This document shows, piece after piece, positions 1-9,647 of a stretch of DNA of 64,000 nucleotides; within the stretch, counting starts at the first letter, position 1; each line of letters starts with the position of its first letter. The position numbers were made by a program, and so were the translations under genes. Source of the stretch: Micavibrio sp. (lineage in GTDB: Bacteria; Pseudomonadota; Alphaproteobacteria; Micavibrionales; Micavibrionaceae); NCBI GenBank assembly GCA_019634145.1, contig JAHQVU010000034.1, forward strand, positions 1,254 to 65,253. Reading direction: 5' to 3'. The notes under the pieces are model-generated. The model was not told where the DNA came from. It saw nothing but the letters and a program-made list of their open reading frames with translations, and ran no database searches.

Positions 1-1
1 T

Positions 2-805
2 ATCTGCATTCTTGATGTCGGCCTGACAGATACGCAAAAAGAGAAACTCAAGCCCCTTGTTGCGCACATCATCAATCCCGACTGGCCAACAAACATCCCA
101 GCAAGCCGTATCAGAGGTCGCGAATATCTAAAAGCATGCGTTTGCCGCCCCTTCATCCCTAAAATTTTTCCGGGCTACGACACATATATCTGGATGGATG
201 CCGATACTTGGCTGCAAGACTGGCGCGGCATTGAGCTTTATATTGAGGGCGCAAGACGTGGAAAACTTGCCATAGCCAGCCAATCTGACCGTTCCTACCT
301 ACGTCAATTCCGTATCAAGTGGCTTGCGGCAATGCCAATTAAGGTTCGCGGCTTTTACTACACCAATGCACTCAAGGCTTTCGGTTTTAAAACTGCAAAG
401 AAGCTACTTCCTTTTCAAGTCCTGAATGCTGGCATCTTTGCCATGAGAGCTGATGCTCCGCATTGGGATCGCTGGCAAGAGCTGGTGAAAAACGCCCTCA
501 TCAAAGGCAAGGTTTTCACCGCCGAACAGCTCACCCTTGGCGTACTTACATATCTAGAAAATTACCCGGTCGAAATCTTGCCCGCTTACTGCAACTGGCT
601 ATGTGAGGTCAAACCACTTTGGGATGAAGCGCAGGCTAAATTCATCGAGCCAAATCTACCGAACGAGGTAATCTCTGTCGTCCATATTTCCGGTTGGGAC
701 GATATGCGCCTTGATCGCTCGATCAAGACTGACTTCAAGACGTTACAAGGTAATGAAATACAGATGAGCTATCGCTATTGCGACTTTGACGGCGAAGCTC
801 CATAA
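2..805 (+). CDS. Glycosyltransferase family 8-like nucleotide-sugar transferase (5' end lies outside the window)
   Basis: The frame is open from nt 2 with no stop and runs into track ORF 194..805. The DxD-type motif YIWMDADTW and the LNAGIFAM segment resemble GT8/GT-A fold enzymes. Confidence 0.55.
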   Translation: MCILDVGLTDTQKEKLKPLVAHIINPDWPTNIPASRIRGREYLKACVCRPFIPKIFPGYDTYIWMDADTWLQDWRGIELYIEGARRGKLAIASQSDRSYLRQFRIKWLAAMPIKVRGFYYTNALKAFGFKTAKKLLPFQVLNAGIFAMRADAPHWDRWQELVKNALIKGKVFTAEQLTLGVLTYLENYPVEILPAYCNWLCEVKPLWDEAQAKFIEPNLPNEVISVVHISGWDDMRLDRSIKTDFKTLQGNEIQMSYRYCDFDGEAP

Positions 806-1227
806 AGCTCTATCGCTCTGGTTTCAAAGGCTTCAACCATTTTCTTTACAGCTTTATCGAAGAACATACCCATAAGATTTTGAAAAAAAGGGTTTTTAAA
901 CTCGAAATCAACAAAGAAATCTATCGTTGTTGACCCATCAGCCTCGCCGATAAACCGCCAATGGTTTGATAAATACTTCATAGGCCCTGAAAGATACTCA
1001 ACATGAATATGATCTGGTTTTAACGCGGTAACTTTTGAGCCAAACTTTTCACGCACCATTTTATAACCAATTACTAGATCCCCATAAAAGACATTTCCCT
1101 CTCGCTTAGTAATACGACTTGCAATGCACCACGGCAAAAACTGTGGATACTTATCCACTTCCGCGACCAGATCGAAAAGCTGCTCCGGACTATAAGGTAA
1201 ATTTCGTTTTTCGGCGTGAGTAGGCAT
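775..1227 (-). CDS. ratA: SRPBCC/START-fold protein, RatA / COQ10-like (ubiquinone-binding family)
   Basis: 150 aa. The N-terminus (YSPEQLFDLVAEVDKYPQFLPWC) and the LSNHWRF segment are typical of the RatA/COQ10 family. It lies downstream of lipA, as in many alphaproteobacteria. Confidence 0.75.
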   Translation of the reverse strand: MPTHAEKRNLPYSPEQLFDLVAEVDKYPQFLPWCIASRITKREGNVFYGDLVIGYKMVREKFGSKVTALKPDHIHVEYLSGPMKYLSNHWRFIGEADGSTTIDFFVDFEFKNPFFQNLMGMFFDKAVKKMVEAFETRAIELYGASPSKSQ

Positions 1228-1231
1228 TGAA

Positions 1232-1591
1232 TTAGTTTGTTATCGTTGCCTTCCGCCCGCTCTTAGACTCTAAAGTTACGAGCCCAGCTTTCCATTTTTG
1301 TTCAAAGAACGTCTTAAAAAGAGTTTCAAATTCAGCGTCCGCCTTATCATCAACAACATCCAAACAATAGTTGTAAAGGCGCTCGACATTTAAATTTCCT
1401 CCACTAATCACAGATAAGTTTTTATTGTCCTCGATGTACTTTGCTACTTTCTTGAAATCTTTCTTATGTCTCGCAACGTCTAAGTTGTAAAACGTAACCC
1501 ACATTTCGCATTTGCTCTCCCCAGCCCCTACATTATTTGGTTGTAAAAAAACAAACATACAAACTAGGATACAAATAAAACGTAACATCAA
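1232..1591 (-). CDS. Hypothetical small secreted protein (orphan)
   Basis: 119 aa with a hydrophobic N-terminal signal-like segment (MMLRFICILVCMFVFLQPNNVGAG). It sits 13 nt after the lipA stop and 4 nt before the ratA start. AT-rich; I recognise no family. Confidence 0.5.
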   Translation of the reverse strand: MMLRFICILVCMFVFLQPNNVGAGESKCEMWVTFYNLDVARHKKDFKKVAKYIEDNKNLSVISGGNLNVERLYNYCLDVVDDKADAEFETLFKTFFEQKWKAGLVTLESKSGRKATITN

Positions 1592-1604
1592 AATCTCTCC
1601 TTCT

Positions 1605-2570
1605 TCATTCTGCTGACATTTTTGCTAATTTTTCATCACGCGCGGCTTTCAGCTTGGCGAAATCATCGCCTGCGTGGTGAGATGAACGGGTCAGAGGCGT
1701 ACAGCTTGCCAGCAAGAAACCTTTGCGCTTCGCCATTTTTGTAAGGTCTTCAAATTCCTCAGGCGTCCACCATTTCATGACAGGGGCATGTTTTGGGGTC
1801 GGTTGAAGATATTGACCGATAGTGATAAAATCAATACCAGCAGCCCGCATATCATCCATCACTTGCCCGACTTCTTCCTTGGTTTCACCCAGACCAACCA
1901 TCAAGCCAGATTTAGTAAATTGTGATGGATCCATTTCTTTCACACGCTCGAGCAAACGAAGCGAGCGGAAATAACGCGCACCAGGACGAATTGTCGGATA
2001 AAGACGCGGAACAGTCTCAAGATTGTGGTTAAACACATCAGGCTTCGCCGCAATCACTGTGTCCCAATCTGTCATATTCCCGCGAAAATCACCGGGCAAA
2101 ATCTCAATAGTGGTTTCGGGCGATTTCATACGAATGCCCATAATCGTCTTGGCAAAGTGGTCTGCACCACCATCGGCCAAATCATCACGGTCAACGGATG
2201 TCACAACGACGTGCTTCAAGCCCATCTGCATCGTCGCAACACCAACGCGCAATGGCTCGAGCTTATCAAGCTCTTCAGGCTTACCTGTTGCAACATTACA
2301 AAATGCGCAAGCGCGTGTACAAATCTCACCCATAATCATAAATGTCGCGTGCTTTTGCTGCCAACATTCACCAATATTCGGACAGCCAGCTTCCTCGCAA
2401 ACCGTGGTCAGTTTGTGCTTTTTGACGATATCATAGGTTTCCTGATACTTCCCACCTTGCGGCGCAGGAACGCGGATCCAATCGGGTTTACGACCAGCAG
2501 GACGATCCGGATTTTTCTGCTTTTCCGGATGACGCTTGGCTTTATCTAAAAGATCTGGATTGTAAGTCAT
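1605..2570 (-). CDS. lipA: Lipoyl synthase
   Basis: 321 aa. It has the radical-SAM motif [10 protein letters not shown] and the auxiliary cluster motif [13 protein letters not shown]. Confidence 0.97.
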   Translation of the reverse strand: MTYNPDLLDKAKRHPEKQKNPDRPAGRKPDWIRVPAPQGGKYQETYDIVKKHKLTTVCEEAGCPNIGECWQQKHATFMIMGEICTRACAFCNVATGKPEELDKLEPLRVGVATMQMGLKHVVVTSVDRDDLADGGADHFAKTIMGIRMKSPETTIEILPGDFRGNMTDWDTVIAAKPDVFNHNLETVPRLYPTIRPGARYFRSLRLLERVKEMDPSQFTKSGLMVGLGETKEEVGQVMDDMRAAGIDFITIGQYLQPTPKHAPVMKWWTPEEFEDLTKMAKRKGFLLASCTPLTRSSHHAGDDFAKLKAARDEKLAKMSAE

Positions 2571-2730
2571 TGTATTTTAACACCAATTAGAATTCATCAG
2601 TTTGTTCGTCATTTATAATGACATAGGGGGAAACTCTGTCCCCACAACGCTTTTCATAAAGAAAAAAGCGAGGGCAGACAATACTCTAAATCCCCCACAA
2701 ACGCAAATATATCAACACATCAAAAACCAG

Positions 2731-3837
2731 CTATTCGTTAAAAAAATTTCTTGGCCTTGGCGCGGTACCGGAATTTACCATGATCGCTGGCTCATCTAGG
2801 TGGCCGCTATCATTACTGATCGCCGCATCTTCAGTGCTATCCTTACCCTTAGCGCTCTTAACCAAAGCTTTAGCCTCCTCCGGCAATTCCGCGGCTTTGA
2901 TAGACTTCATAGCCTCAGCTGAATCGGCCACAACTCTAGGGCGGCGAGCAATCGCAACCGGATAGCCTTTTCTTTCTTTAACAGCTGTACGAATAGCAGG
3001 CCAATTTAAACGATCAGAATGCGCGCCCGCCATTTCAATAAGATATTTCATCTCGGAATTAGTCATTTTCTCTTCGCTAGCAACACCCTTTTCCTCAAAA
3101 TCTATAGCTTGCTCTAATGTAGGATGCGCCTCCATGTAAAGCTTATCATCAATCCAAGCAAGCTTAATTGGCTGGTTTACAATCTCTACAGGCGTTCCAA
3201 CGGGCACCATTTCAAAAACTTCTGTAATGCTTTCAGGATACATTCGAATGCAGCCAGAGCTGGATCGACGCCCAATCCCGAAGGGCTTGTTCGTACCATG
3301 AATTGCATATAGAGGAATGCCAAGGTAAAGCGCGTGCGTACCCATAGGGTTATCAGGCCCCTGATAATAAACCTCTTTCAGCTTTGGATCTTCACGGCGC
3401 ATACGCTCGGTCGGACGCCAAACTGGCCCATCAGCTTTACGCACAACCTTAGTCTTACCAATGGGGGTATTCAGGCCTTCACGACCAACACCGATAGGAT
3501 AGCTTTTGGGCTCGTCTTCCTGCATGAACGAAAACAAGCGCATTTCGGCAACATTAATCACAATACCCTCATGCGGGGCATCGGGAAGAATATGGCGCGC
3601 AGGCAAAACAATATCTTCACCCTCACCCGGTAGCCATGGATCAACATAAGGATTAGCTGCTCGAAGCTCCGTAAATCCCAGGTTATAGTCACGCGCTAAA
3701 TGCACGAAAGTGTCGATTTCGTTGGTCTCATACTCAATCATCTCCCCCACATAAGGAAGATCATATTTGGCAAAAGCCTTAGATGGCAGCATAACTGCAA
3801 TTGGCAGAACGCTTAAAAGACATAAAATGCCACGCAT
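2731..3837 (-). CDS. L,D-transpeptidase (YkuD domain) with signal peptide
   Basis: It carries the catalytic signature HGTNKPFGIGRRSSSGCIRM and the signal peptide MRGILCLLSVLPIAVMLPSKAFA. I moved the start to ATG 3837, because the track start at 3876 would overlap the icd 3' end by 35 nt. Confidence 0.85.
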   Translation of the reverse strand: MRGILCLLSVLPIAVMLPSKAFAKYDLPYVGEMIEYETNEIDTFVHLARDYNLGFTELRAANPYVDPWLPGEGEDIVLPARHILPDAPHEGIVINVAEMRLFSFMQEDEPKSYPIGVGREGLNTPIGKTKVVRKADGPVWRPTERMRREDPKLKEVYYQGPDNPMGTHALYLGIPLYAIHGTNKPFGIGRRSSSGCIRMYPESITEVFEMVPVGTPVEIVNQPIKLAWIDDKLYMEAHPTLEQAIDFEEKGVASEEKMTNSEMKYLIEMAGAHSDRLNWPAIRTAVKERKGYPVAIARRPRVVADSAEAMKSIKAAELPEEAKALVKSAKGKDSTEDAAISNDSGHLDEPAIMVNSGTAPRPRNFFNE

Positions 3838-3841
3838 ATTT

Positions 3842-5065
3842 TTACACACCCATCTTGGATTCGAGATTGGATACAATCTTATCCATAAACTCTTCGGTTG
3901 TTAAATACTTCTGCTCTTTACCGACCAAAAGAGCAAGATCTTTCGTCATATCACCGGATTCAACGGTTTCAACACAGACGCGTTCCAGCGTGTCGGCGAA
4001 TTTTACGAGCGCATCATTCCCATCGAATTGACCGCGATATTTTAGCCCTTGTGTCCACGCAAAGATCGAGGCAATAGGGTTGGTTGAGGTAGGTTTGCCC
4101 TGCTGATGCTGGCGATAATGCCGCGTCACTGTACCGTGTGCAGCCTCTGCCTCAACGCATTTGCCGTCCGGTGTAAGTAGAACGGAGGTCATAAGACCAA
4201 GCGAACCAAACCCTTGCGCCACGATGTCAGATTGCACATCACCGTCATAGTTTTTACACGCCCAGACCATGCCGCCAGTACTCTTGATCGCAAAGGCCAC
4301 CATGTCATCAATGAGACGATGCTCATACCACAGCTCGCGCTTATCAAATTCCGCCTTGAACTCGGCATCAAATATGCGCTGGAATATGTCGATAAACTTT
4401 CCGTCATACTGCTTAAGAATTGTGTTCTTGGTGGACATATAAACCGGGTAATTGCGGCTTAAGCCATAGTTAAAGCAAGCGCGGGCAAAGCCCTCAATGC
4501 TCTCATCAAGGTTATACATCCCCATTGCAACACCGGCAGCAGGAAAATCAAAGATCTCCCACTCCTGTGCTTCACCGCCATCGGCGGGCTCATATTTCAT
4601 GGTTAAACGGCCAGGGCCGGGGATTTTCATATCGGTTGCTTTATACTGGTCACCAAAGGCATGACGGCCTATGATGATCGGCTTTTCCCAGCCCGGAACG
4701 TACTTAGGCACATTATGAGTTGTAATCGGCTCACGAAAAACTGTCCCGTTCAAAATATTACGGATCGTCCCATTAGGGGAGCGCCACATTCTCTTGAGAC
4801 CGAACTCCTCAACCCGCGCTTCATCAGGGGTAATGGTCGCGCATTTAACACCAACACCATGCTTCTTGATTGCTTCCGCCGCGTCGACCGTAATCTGATC
4901 ATCGGTTTCATCACGGCTCTGGATCGATAAATCGAAATATTTCAAATCCACATCTACATAAGGCAAAATCAAGCGATCTCTAATCCACTGCCAGATAATG
5001 CGGGTCATTTCATCCCCGTCAATTTCTACGATTGGATGATCTACTTTAATTTTACTAATGCTCAT
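3842..5065 (-). CDS. icd: NADP-dependent isocitrate dehydrogenase (eukaryote-like homodimeric type)
   Basis: 407 aa with full-length resemblance to IDH1-type enzymes ([32 protein letters not shown]). Confidence 0.96.
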   Translation of the reverse strand: MSISKIKVDHPIVEIDGDEMTRIIWQWIRDRLILPYVDVDLKYFDLSIQSRDETDDQITVDAAEAIKKHGVGVKCATITPDEARVEEFGLKRMWRSPNGTIRNILNGTVFREPITTHNVPKYVPGWEKPIIIGRHAFGDQYKATDMKIPGPGRLTMKYEPADGGEAQEWEIFDFPAAGVAMGMYNLDESIEGFARACFNYGLSRNYPVYMSTKNTILKQYDGKFIDIFQRIFDAEFKAEFDKRELWYEHRLIDDMVAFAIKSTGGMVWACKNYDGDVQSDIVAQGFGSLGLMTSVLLTPDGKCVEAEAAHGTVTRHYRQHQQGKPTSTNPIASIFAWTQGLKYRGQFDGNDALVKFADTLERVCVETVESGDMTKDLALLVGKEQKYLTTEEFMDKIVSNLESKMGV

Positions 5066-5144
5066 TTTTTGAAAAAGCCTCTACTTTTGAAATATTTTAT
5101 GGGATTTTACTCTGCATGATCAGCACGAAAAAACAAAGGATTTT

Positions 5145-5480
5145 TTACTCAGAAAGCGCCTTGATCTCTTTTTCCAGACGCTCAAACGCTCTTTCAAAAA
5201 GTCCGGTTTTAATGATACGGCCTTTACCCTGCATATAGACCTCATACATAGATGCACCAGGCCCTACACGTTTAATTTTAAACTGCAGATATGGGGGATG
5301 CCCTTCGATCCTATAATATGTATAGCGCGCCACACCGTCATCAAAATCACAATCCACAGAACGCGAAGCTAAAATCTTATCAGAAGCCGCACGAATGAAT
5401 AACCCATCCAGTTTTCTGAATTGCCCGCCTGTAAAGCCCGAGACTTTTGATTCTGGTCTTAATGTTATAACTTTAGCCAT
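5145..5480 (-). CDS. Hypothetical protein
   Basis: 111-aa ORF with an ATG start and ordinary composition. It is divergent from the yfgM-like gene. No family recognised. Confidence 0.55.
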   Translation of the reverse strand: MAKVITLRPESKVSGFTGGQFRKLDGLFIRAASDKILASRSVDCDFDDGVARYTYYRIEGHPPYLQFKIKRVGPGASMYEVYMQGKGRIIKTGLFERAFERLEKEIKALSE

Positions 5481-5602
5481 TATATATATTATAGCACAAA
5501 TCAGGATTAAAACGAGGTCCCTCCAAATTTTAAAATAAATCTCTGGAAACCTCTCAAATTTTGATTAAGATCAAGCCCCGACTCGGTTACAAAGGAAGTG
5601 TT

Positions 5603-6262
5603 ATGAGCGAATTAATTACAGAAGTCGAAGAAGCAATACGCCGCGAGCGCGCCCAGAAGTTCTGGACAACGTATGGCTCATACTTGATCGGGGCTATACT
5701 TTTTATAATTCTAGCCACAGCTGCCTATGCAGGCTACGATTCATGGAGTGAGAAAAAGCGACTTGATCAAACCGAAATACTCTTAAGCGCCAGAGAGGCC
5801 GCTGATTATCCGGCGAATGTAATAGGCAGCGAGCTTAACCTAAATCCTAATCTTAAAACCATTCTGCAATTGGATGCCGCCGCCCAGTTGCTTAATCAAG
5901 ATAATAGTGATGAAGCATTAGCGCTTTATAAGAAAGCTGCCGATAATGAAAGCGCACCGGAGGAATTAAGGCAACTTGCGGCTATGATGGTTGCTCGCTT
6001 GCAAAGCAAGCCTTCTGAGGGTGAAGCGCAGAATTTCCTGAGTAATCTGGAATCCATTGCCAGCGACAGCAAAAGCCCTTGGCGCTATCACGCGATGCTA
6101 GAGACAGCCGCATATCAGAAAAACGTCATTGGTGATTCAGAAAACGCAATTAAAATGCTTGAAGAAATTCAAACACTTCAACAGGCGCCCCCAACATTAA
6201 AAGAACGCGCCAAAGCGCTCGCCCATGTCTATAGCTTAGACACAACAAACGAAAACAAGTAA
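5603..6262 (+). CDS. YfgM-like membrane-anchored TPR protein
   Basis: One N-terminal TM helix (YLIGAILFIILATAAYAGY) is followed by a helical repeat region. It lies directly upstream of bamB, like the yfgM-bamB pair. I chose ATG 5603, preceded by AAGGAAG, over the track's TTG at 5561. Confidence 0.65.
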   Translation: MSELITEVEEAIRRERAQKFWTTYGSYLIGAILFIILATAAYAGYDSWSEKKRLDQTEILLSAREAADYPANVIGSELNLNPNLKTILQLDAAAQLLNQDNSDEALALYKKAADNESAPEELRQLAAMMVARLQSKPSEGEAQNFLSNLESIASDSKSPWRYHAMLETAAYQKNVIGDSENAIKMLEEIQTLQQAPPTLKERAKALAHVYSLDTTNENK

Positions 6263-6277
6263 ACAAAGGCTACGCCT

Positions 6278-7585
6278 ATGACACGCAAAATCCTGCCGAT
6301 ACTCTTGCTCTCAACCGCCCTCCTCGGTGCTTGCGACACTTTCAGCAGTGACGATCCACCCTTAAAAGGTGAGCGCATTTCAGTTCTGGAAATGCAAAAA
6401 TCACTTGCAGATAAAGCTCAAGATGGTGAAGCCGAAGCAGTCGCTATCCCGGAAAGCTGGAAAAATGATTATTGGCCGCAAGCGGGTGGATACCCCAACC
6501 ACTCTATGCAGCATCTAAGCGGCTCGACCGGAAAACTTAAGCGCATCTGGAAGACCGATATCGGCGAGGGTTCAAATCGCCGCGCACCACTCACAGCCAC
6601 ACCCATCATCATTGAAAACACACTTTACGCCATTGACGCTGATAGCACCGTCAGCGCTTATAACACCGAAAACGGCAAACAAAAATGGGAAGTCAGCGCC
6701 CGCCCAAAAAGCGAGGACGAAGCCATGATTGCAGGTGGCCTATCATTCTCGGATAACATGATTTTGGTAACCGCAGGGTATAATGAAGTCCGCGCCATCT
6801 CCCCAGCTGACGGCTCGCTTATTTGGACACAAAAACTGCCCGCACCATCACGCGCAGCTCCTACAGCGCACAATGGACGCGCATTTGTAACAACCCTAGA
6901 CAACCGCCTACTGGCACTTGATATAGCAGGTGGTTCAATCCTCTGGGATTACAGCGGCATTGCAGAAAGTGCCGGCATCATCGGCGGCGCCTCCCCAGCC
7001 GCCAATACAGACATTGTTGTACCCGTATTTTCATCGGGCGAGATTAGCGCGCTACGCTTGGAGAATGGCTCCGTCGCATGGTCGGACAGCCTGTCCTATG
7101 TGCGTGGTTTTGGCGGGCTAGCTGAAATTTCGGACATACGCGCAATGCCGGTCATAGATAACGGCATCGTTTACGCAATTAGCTTTAGCGGAAAGTTCGT
7201 CGCCATTAACGAGCGCACAGGCCAACGCCTGTGGCAACGCGAAATCGGGGGCATACAAACGCCATGGATTGCTGGTGACAATATCTTCGTACTAAGCACC
7301 GAAAACCAACTCATAGCCATGAGCCGCACAAATGGCGCCGTACAATGGGTCAGAGAACTCCCAAGAACCAGTGGCGATGACCTTGTCATTCTCAAAGGCC
7401 CTGTTCTTTTCGGTGGTCGATTGGTAGTGGTTGGCAGTGAAGGCCGCGTGATTGAAGTGAACCCATCGACAGGTGAAGTTATTCGCCAATGGGATGCCGG
7501 TAATACAATCATCAGCGCCCCGGTTGTTGCCGGCGGCACAATCTACTTCCTCCATAAGGACGGAACGCTCGAAGCATATAGGTAA
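6278..7585 (+). CDS. bamB: Outer-membrane assembly lipoprotein BamB (PQQ-like beta-propeller)
   Basis: 435 aa with lipobox LLGAC and repeated propeller blades (e.g. AIDADSTVSAYNTENGKQKW, ALDIAGGSILW, AINERTGQRLW). Confidence 0.85.
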   Translation: MTRKILPILLLSTALLGACDTFSSDDPPLKGERISVLEMQKSLADKAQDGEAEAVAIPESWKNDYWPQAGGYPNHSMQHLSGSTGKLKRIWKTDIGEGSNRRAPLTATPIIIENTLYAIDADSTVSAYNTENGKQKWEVSARPKSEDEAMIAGGLSFSDNMILVTAGYNEVRAISPADGSLIWTQKLPAPSRAAPTAHNGRAFVTTLDNRLLALDIAGGSILWDYSGIAESAGIIGGASPAANTDIVVPVFSSGEISALRLENGSVAWSDSLSYVRGFGGLAEISDIRAMPVIDNGIVYAISFSGKFVAINERTGQRLWQREIGGIQTPWIAGDNIFVLSTENQLIAMSRTNGAVQWVRELPRTSGDDLVILKGPVLFGGRLVVVGSEGRVIEVNPSTGEVIRQWDAGNTIISAPVVAGGTIYFLHKDGTLEAYR

Positions 7586-7599
7586 CTATTTTAACCAAC

Positions 7600-7668
7600 G
7601 TCATTGCGAGCGCAGCGAAGCAATCCATTTATTGGATTGCCGCGTTGAGCAAAGCCCTCCTCGCAATA
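7600..7668. repeat. REP-like nested palindromic element between convergent operons (probable bidirectional terminator)
   Basis: The inner perfect hairpin is gcaatcca (7620-7627) / tggattgc (7633-7640) with loop tttat. The imperfect outer arms are cattgcgag (7602-7610) / ctcgcaata (7660-7668). The cattgcgag...gcgaagcaatcc core resembles a palindromic repeat family seen in many bacterial genomes. Confidence 0.6.
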
Positions 7669-7674
7669 ACAATG

Positions 7675-8235
7675 TTATTTTTTTGTAGTATTAATTTTTA
7701 GATATTGCCTAAATACGTCCATATGCTTGTTCTCAAAATATTCACAAAGCAATTTTTTTGAAATTTCATGATATTTTTCTACGTCATTATGATTGTGTGA
7801 ATTTCTAGGCTGACCTGTATCATCATAGCACTTACCGTAACTTTTAGCGCCCTCCACAAATAAGTCTTTTCTTTCAGATATATACTCCTCAATATTACTC
7901 AGCCCATAAAGGCTTGCCAAATCCAAAGCCATGTGAAGCTTACGAATTACACCCATATAAACTGGCATACTGAAGCTAGCACTCGGTGCAAACTCGCGAA
8001 TAGCATCACAGTAAAGATGATATATCTCTTCTATAAATTTTCGATCATGTTGCAAAGCTTGATAGGAAGCAATTTTAGAAGCATTATTTCCTATCTTGTA
8101 TGCAATACACACACCAATAAATGTTACTATTGCAACAACCCATGAGGCGGCATCGCCTGTAAAATAATCTTTTATACTATATATCTCAAAAAAACCGAGG
8201 AGTTGTGTAACAATACTATCTTCATCAATATTCAT
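7675..8235 (-). CDS. Hypothetical single-pass membrane protein (AT-rich orphan appended to lpdA)
   Basis: About 186 aa with one TM helix (AASWVVAIVTFIGVCIAYKIG) followed by a helical domain. ATG 8235 is preferred; the track uses GTG 8238. It starts 8 nt after the lpdA TAG. A hand-counted 60-nt sample is about 25% G+C, against about 50% in lpdA. Confidence 0.55.
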   Translation of the reverse strand: MNIDEDSIVTQLLGFFEIYSIKDYFTGDAASWVVAIVTFIGVCIAYKIGNNASKIASYQALQHDRKFIEEIYHLYCDAIREFAPSASFSMPVYMGVIRKLHMALDLASLYGLSNIEEYISERKDLFVEGAKSYGKCYDDTGQPRNSHNHNDVEKYHEISKKLLCEYFENKHMDVFRQYLKINTTKK

Positions 8236-8243
8236 CACAATAC

Positions 8244-9647
8244 CTAAAAATGGATCGCCTTGCCATAGGCGCTGAGCACACTTTCATGCATCATTTCACT
8301 TAAGGTCGGATGTGGAAAGACGGTGTGCATGAACTCGGCCTCTGTCAGCTCGGCAGTTTTACCAATCACATAACCTTGGATCATCTCTGTCACTTCCGCG
8401 CCGATCATATGCGCGCCCAAAAGCTCGCCCGTCTTTTCATCAAAGATAGTTTTCACAAGACCTTCAGGCTCACCAAGAGCTATCGCCTTACCATTCCCCA
8501 TAAACGGGAAGCGTCCAACTTTAATCTTATAGCCCTTTTCCTTGGCCGCCGCCTCGGTCAAACCAACACTGGCAACTTGCGGATGACAATAGGTACAGCC
8601 CGGAATATTTGTTTTATCCATCGGGTGTACGTCTTTACTACCGGCAATTTTCTCGATACAGATGATTCCTTCGTGCGAGGCCTTATGCGCAAGCCATGGC
8701 GCACCGGCAACATCACCAATCGCATAAACACCAGGTTCATCTGTTTTCAAATAACCATCTGTCACGATATGCCCACGATCCAGCTTCACCTTGGTCTTCT
8801 CCAGACCCAGATTTTCGGTATTAGCCACAATCCCAACAGCGGAAATTACGCGGTCAAAATTAATCTTCTCGACCTTTCCATCCTTACCTTCAATGTGGGC
8901 TGTCACTTCGGTTTTACCCTTATCAAGCTTAGATACCTTCGCGCCCTTGATAATCTTCATACCTTGCTTCACCAAAGCCTTTTCCAACAGACCCGAAATC
9001 TCAACATCCTCGACAGGTACAATACGATCCATCATCTCGACCACAGTGACATCCGCGCCCAAAGTTTTAAAGAAACTGGCAAATTCAATGCCGATAGCGC
9101 CAGAGCCGATAACGAGCAATTTCTTGGGCATGGTATCAGGGACAAGCGCCTCTTTATACGTCCAGACAAACTTACCATCCGGCTCAAAGCCAGGGATAAC
9201 GCGCGCACGTGCACCCGTCGCAATCACAATATGCTTACCCTTTAAGGTCTCGATAACCTTACCGTCCTTTTCTACGCTAAGCTTACCGCCGCCTAAAAGC
9301 TTTCCAAAACCATCAAAAACAGTGACCTTATTCTTTTTCAATAAATGCCCAATACCACCTGAAAGCTGCTTCGCCACACCACGTGAGCGCTCAACGATTT
9401 TAGGCAAATCAAACTCAAGCCCCTTCACTTTCAGGCCATAGCTCTCTGCATGCTGTGCAAAATGATAAATCTCGGAAGAGCGCAAAAGCGCCTTAGTAGG
9501 AATACAGCCCCAATTCAAACAAATACCACCAAGGTGATTGGCCTCGACCAATGCAACCTTCATCCCTAACTGGCTCGCTCGGATCGCTGCAACATAACCA
9601 CCCGGACCGCCACCGATCACCACTACATCAAAATCTTTTCCGCTCAT
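8244..9647 (-). CDS. lpdA: Dihydrolipoyl dehydrogenase (E3)
   Basis: 467 aa with the FAD motif VVVIGGGPGGYVAA and the redox-active disulfide GGICLNWGCIPTK. Confidence 0.96.
   Translation of the reverse strand: MSGKDFDVVVIGGGPGGYVAAIRASQLGMKVALVEANHLGGICLNWGCIPTKALLRSSEIYHFAQHAESYGLKVKGLEFDLPKIVERSRGVAKQLSGGIGHLLKKNKVTVFDGFGKLLGGGKLSVEKDGKVIETLKGKHIVIATGARARVIPGFEPDGKFVWTYKEALVPDTMPKKLLVIGSGAIGIEFASFFKTLGADVTVVEMMDRIVPVEDVEISGLLEKALVKQGMKIIKGAKVSKLDKGKTEVTAHIEGKDGKVEKINFDRVISAVGIVANTENLGLEKTKVKLDRGHIVTDGYLKTDEPGVYAIGDVAGAPWLAHKASHEGIICIEKIAGSKDVHPMDKTNIPGCTYCHPQVASVGLTEAAAKEKGYKIKVGRFPFMGNGKAIALGEPEGLVKTIFDEKTGELLGAHMIGAEVTEMIQGYVIGKTAELTEAEFMHTVFPHPTLSEMMHESVLSAYGKAIHF

Noticed and set aside
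2648-2670. The hairpin cgctttt/aaaagcg in the ldt-lipA spacer, considered as a terminator.
   Set aside because: It is a 7-bp mostly A/T stem with a 9-nt loop and no T-run on either side. This is too weak to call.
3842-3876. Track-predicted N-terminal extensions: ldt 3876, yfgM-like TTG 5561, YibQ-like TTG 25446, lpxB 34915, lolCE TTG 56031, tpiA GTG 20764 and pdhA TTG 14786.
   Set aside because: In each case a downstream ATG gives a conventional N-terminus (a signal peptide or a conserved first motif). In several cases it also removes an overlap with the upstream gene or is preceded by a better SD. The longest-ORF starts were therefore not used, though exact starts remain uncertain.
8310-9245. 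Long antisense ORFs in the track. Examples: 8310-9245 (311 aa, opposite lpdA), 2025-2549 (opposite lipA), 11746-12282 and 13453-13956 (opposite pdhC/pdhB), 18431-19030 (opposite pyrG), 51222-51710 (opposite dnaE) and 54883-55482 (opposite lolCE).
   Set aside because: Each lies entirely inside a strongly supported gene on the other strand. Their translations are low-complexity (Ser/Pro/Arg/Thr- or His/Asn/Arg-rich) with no motifs. These are shadow ORFs typical of codon-biased genes.
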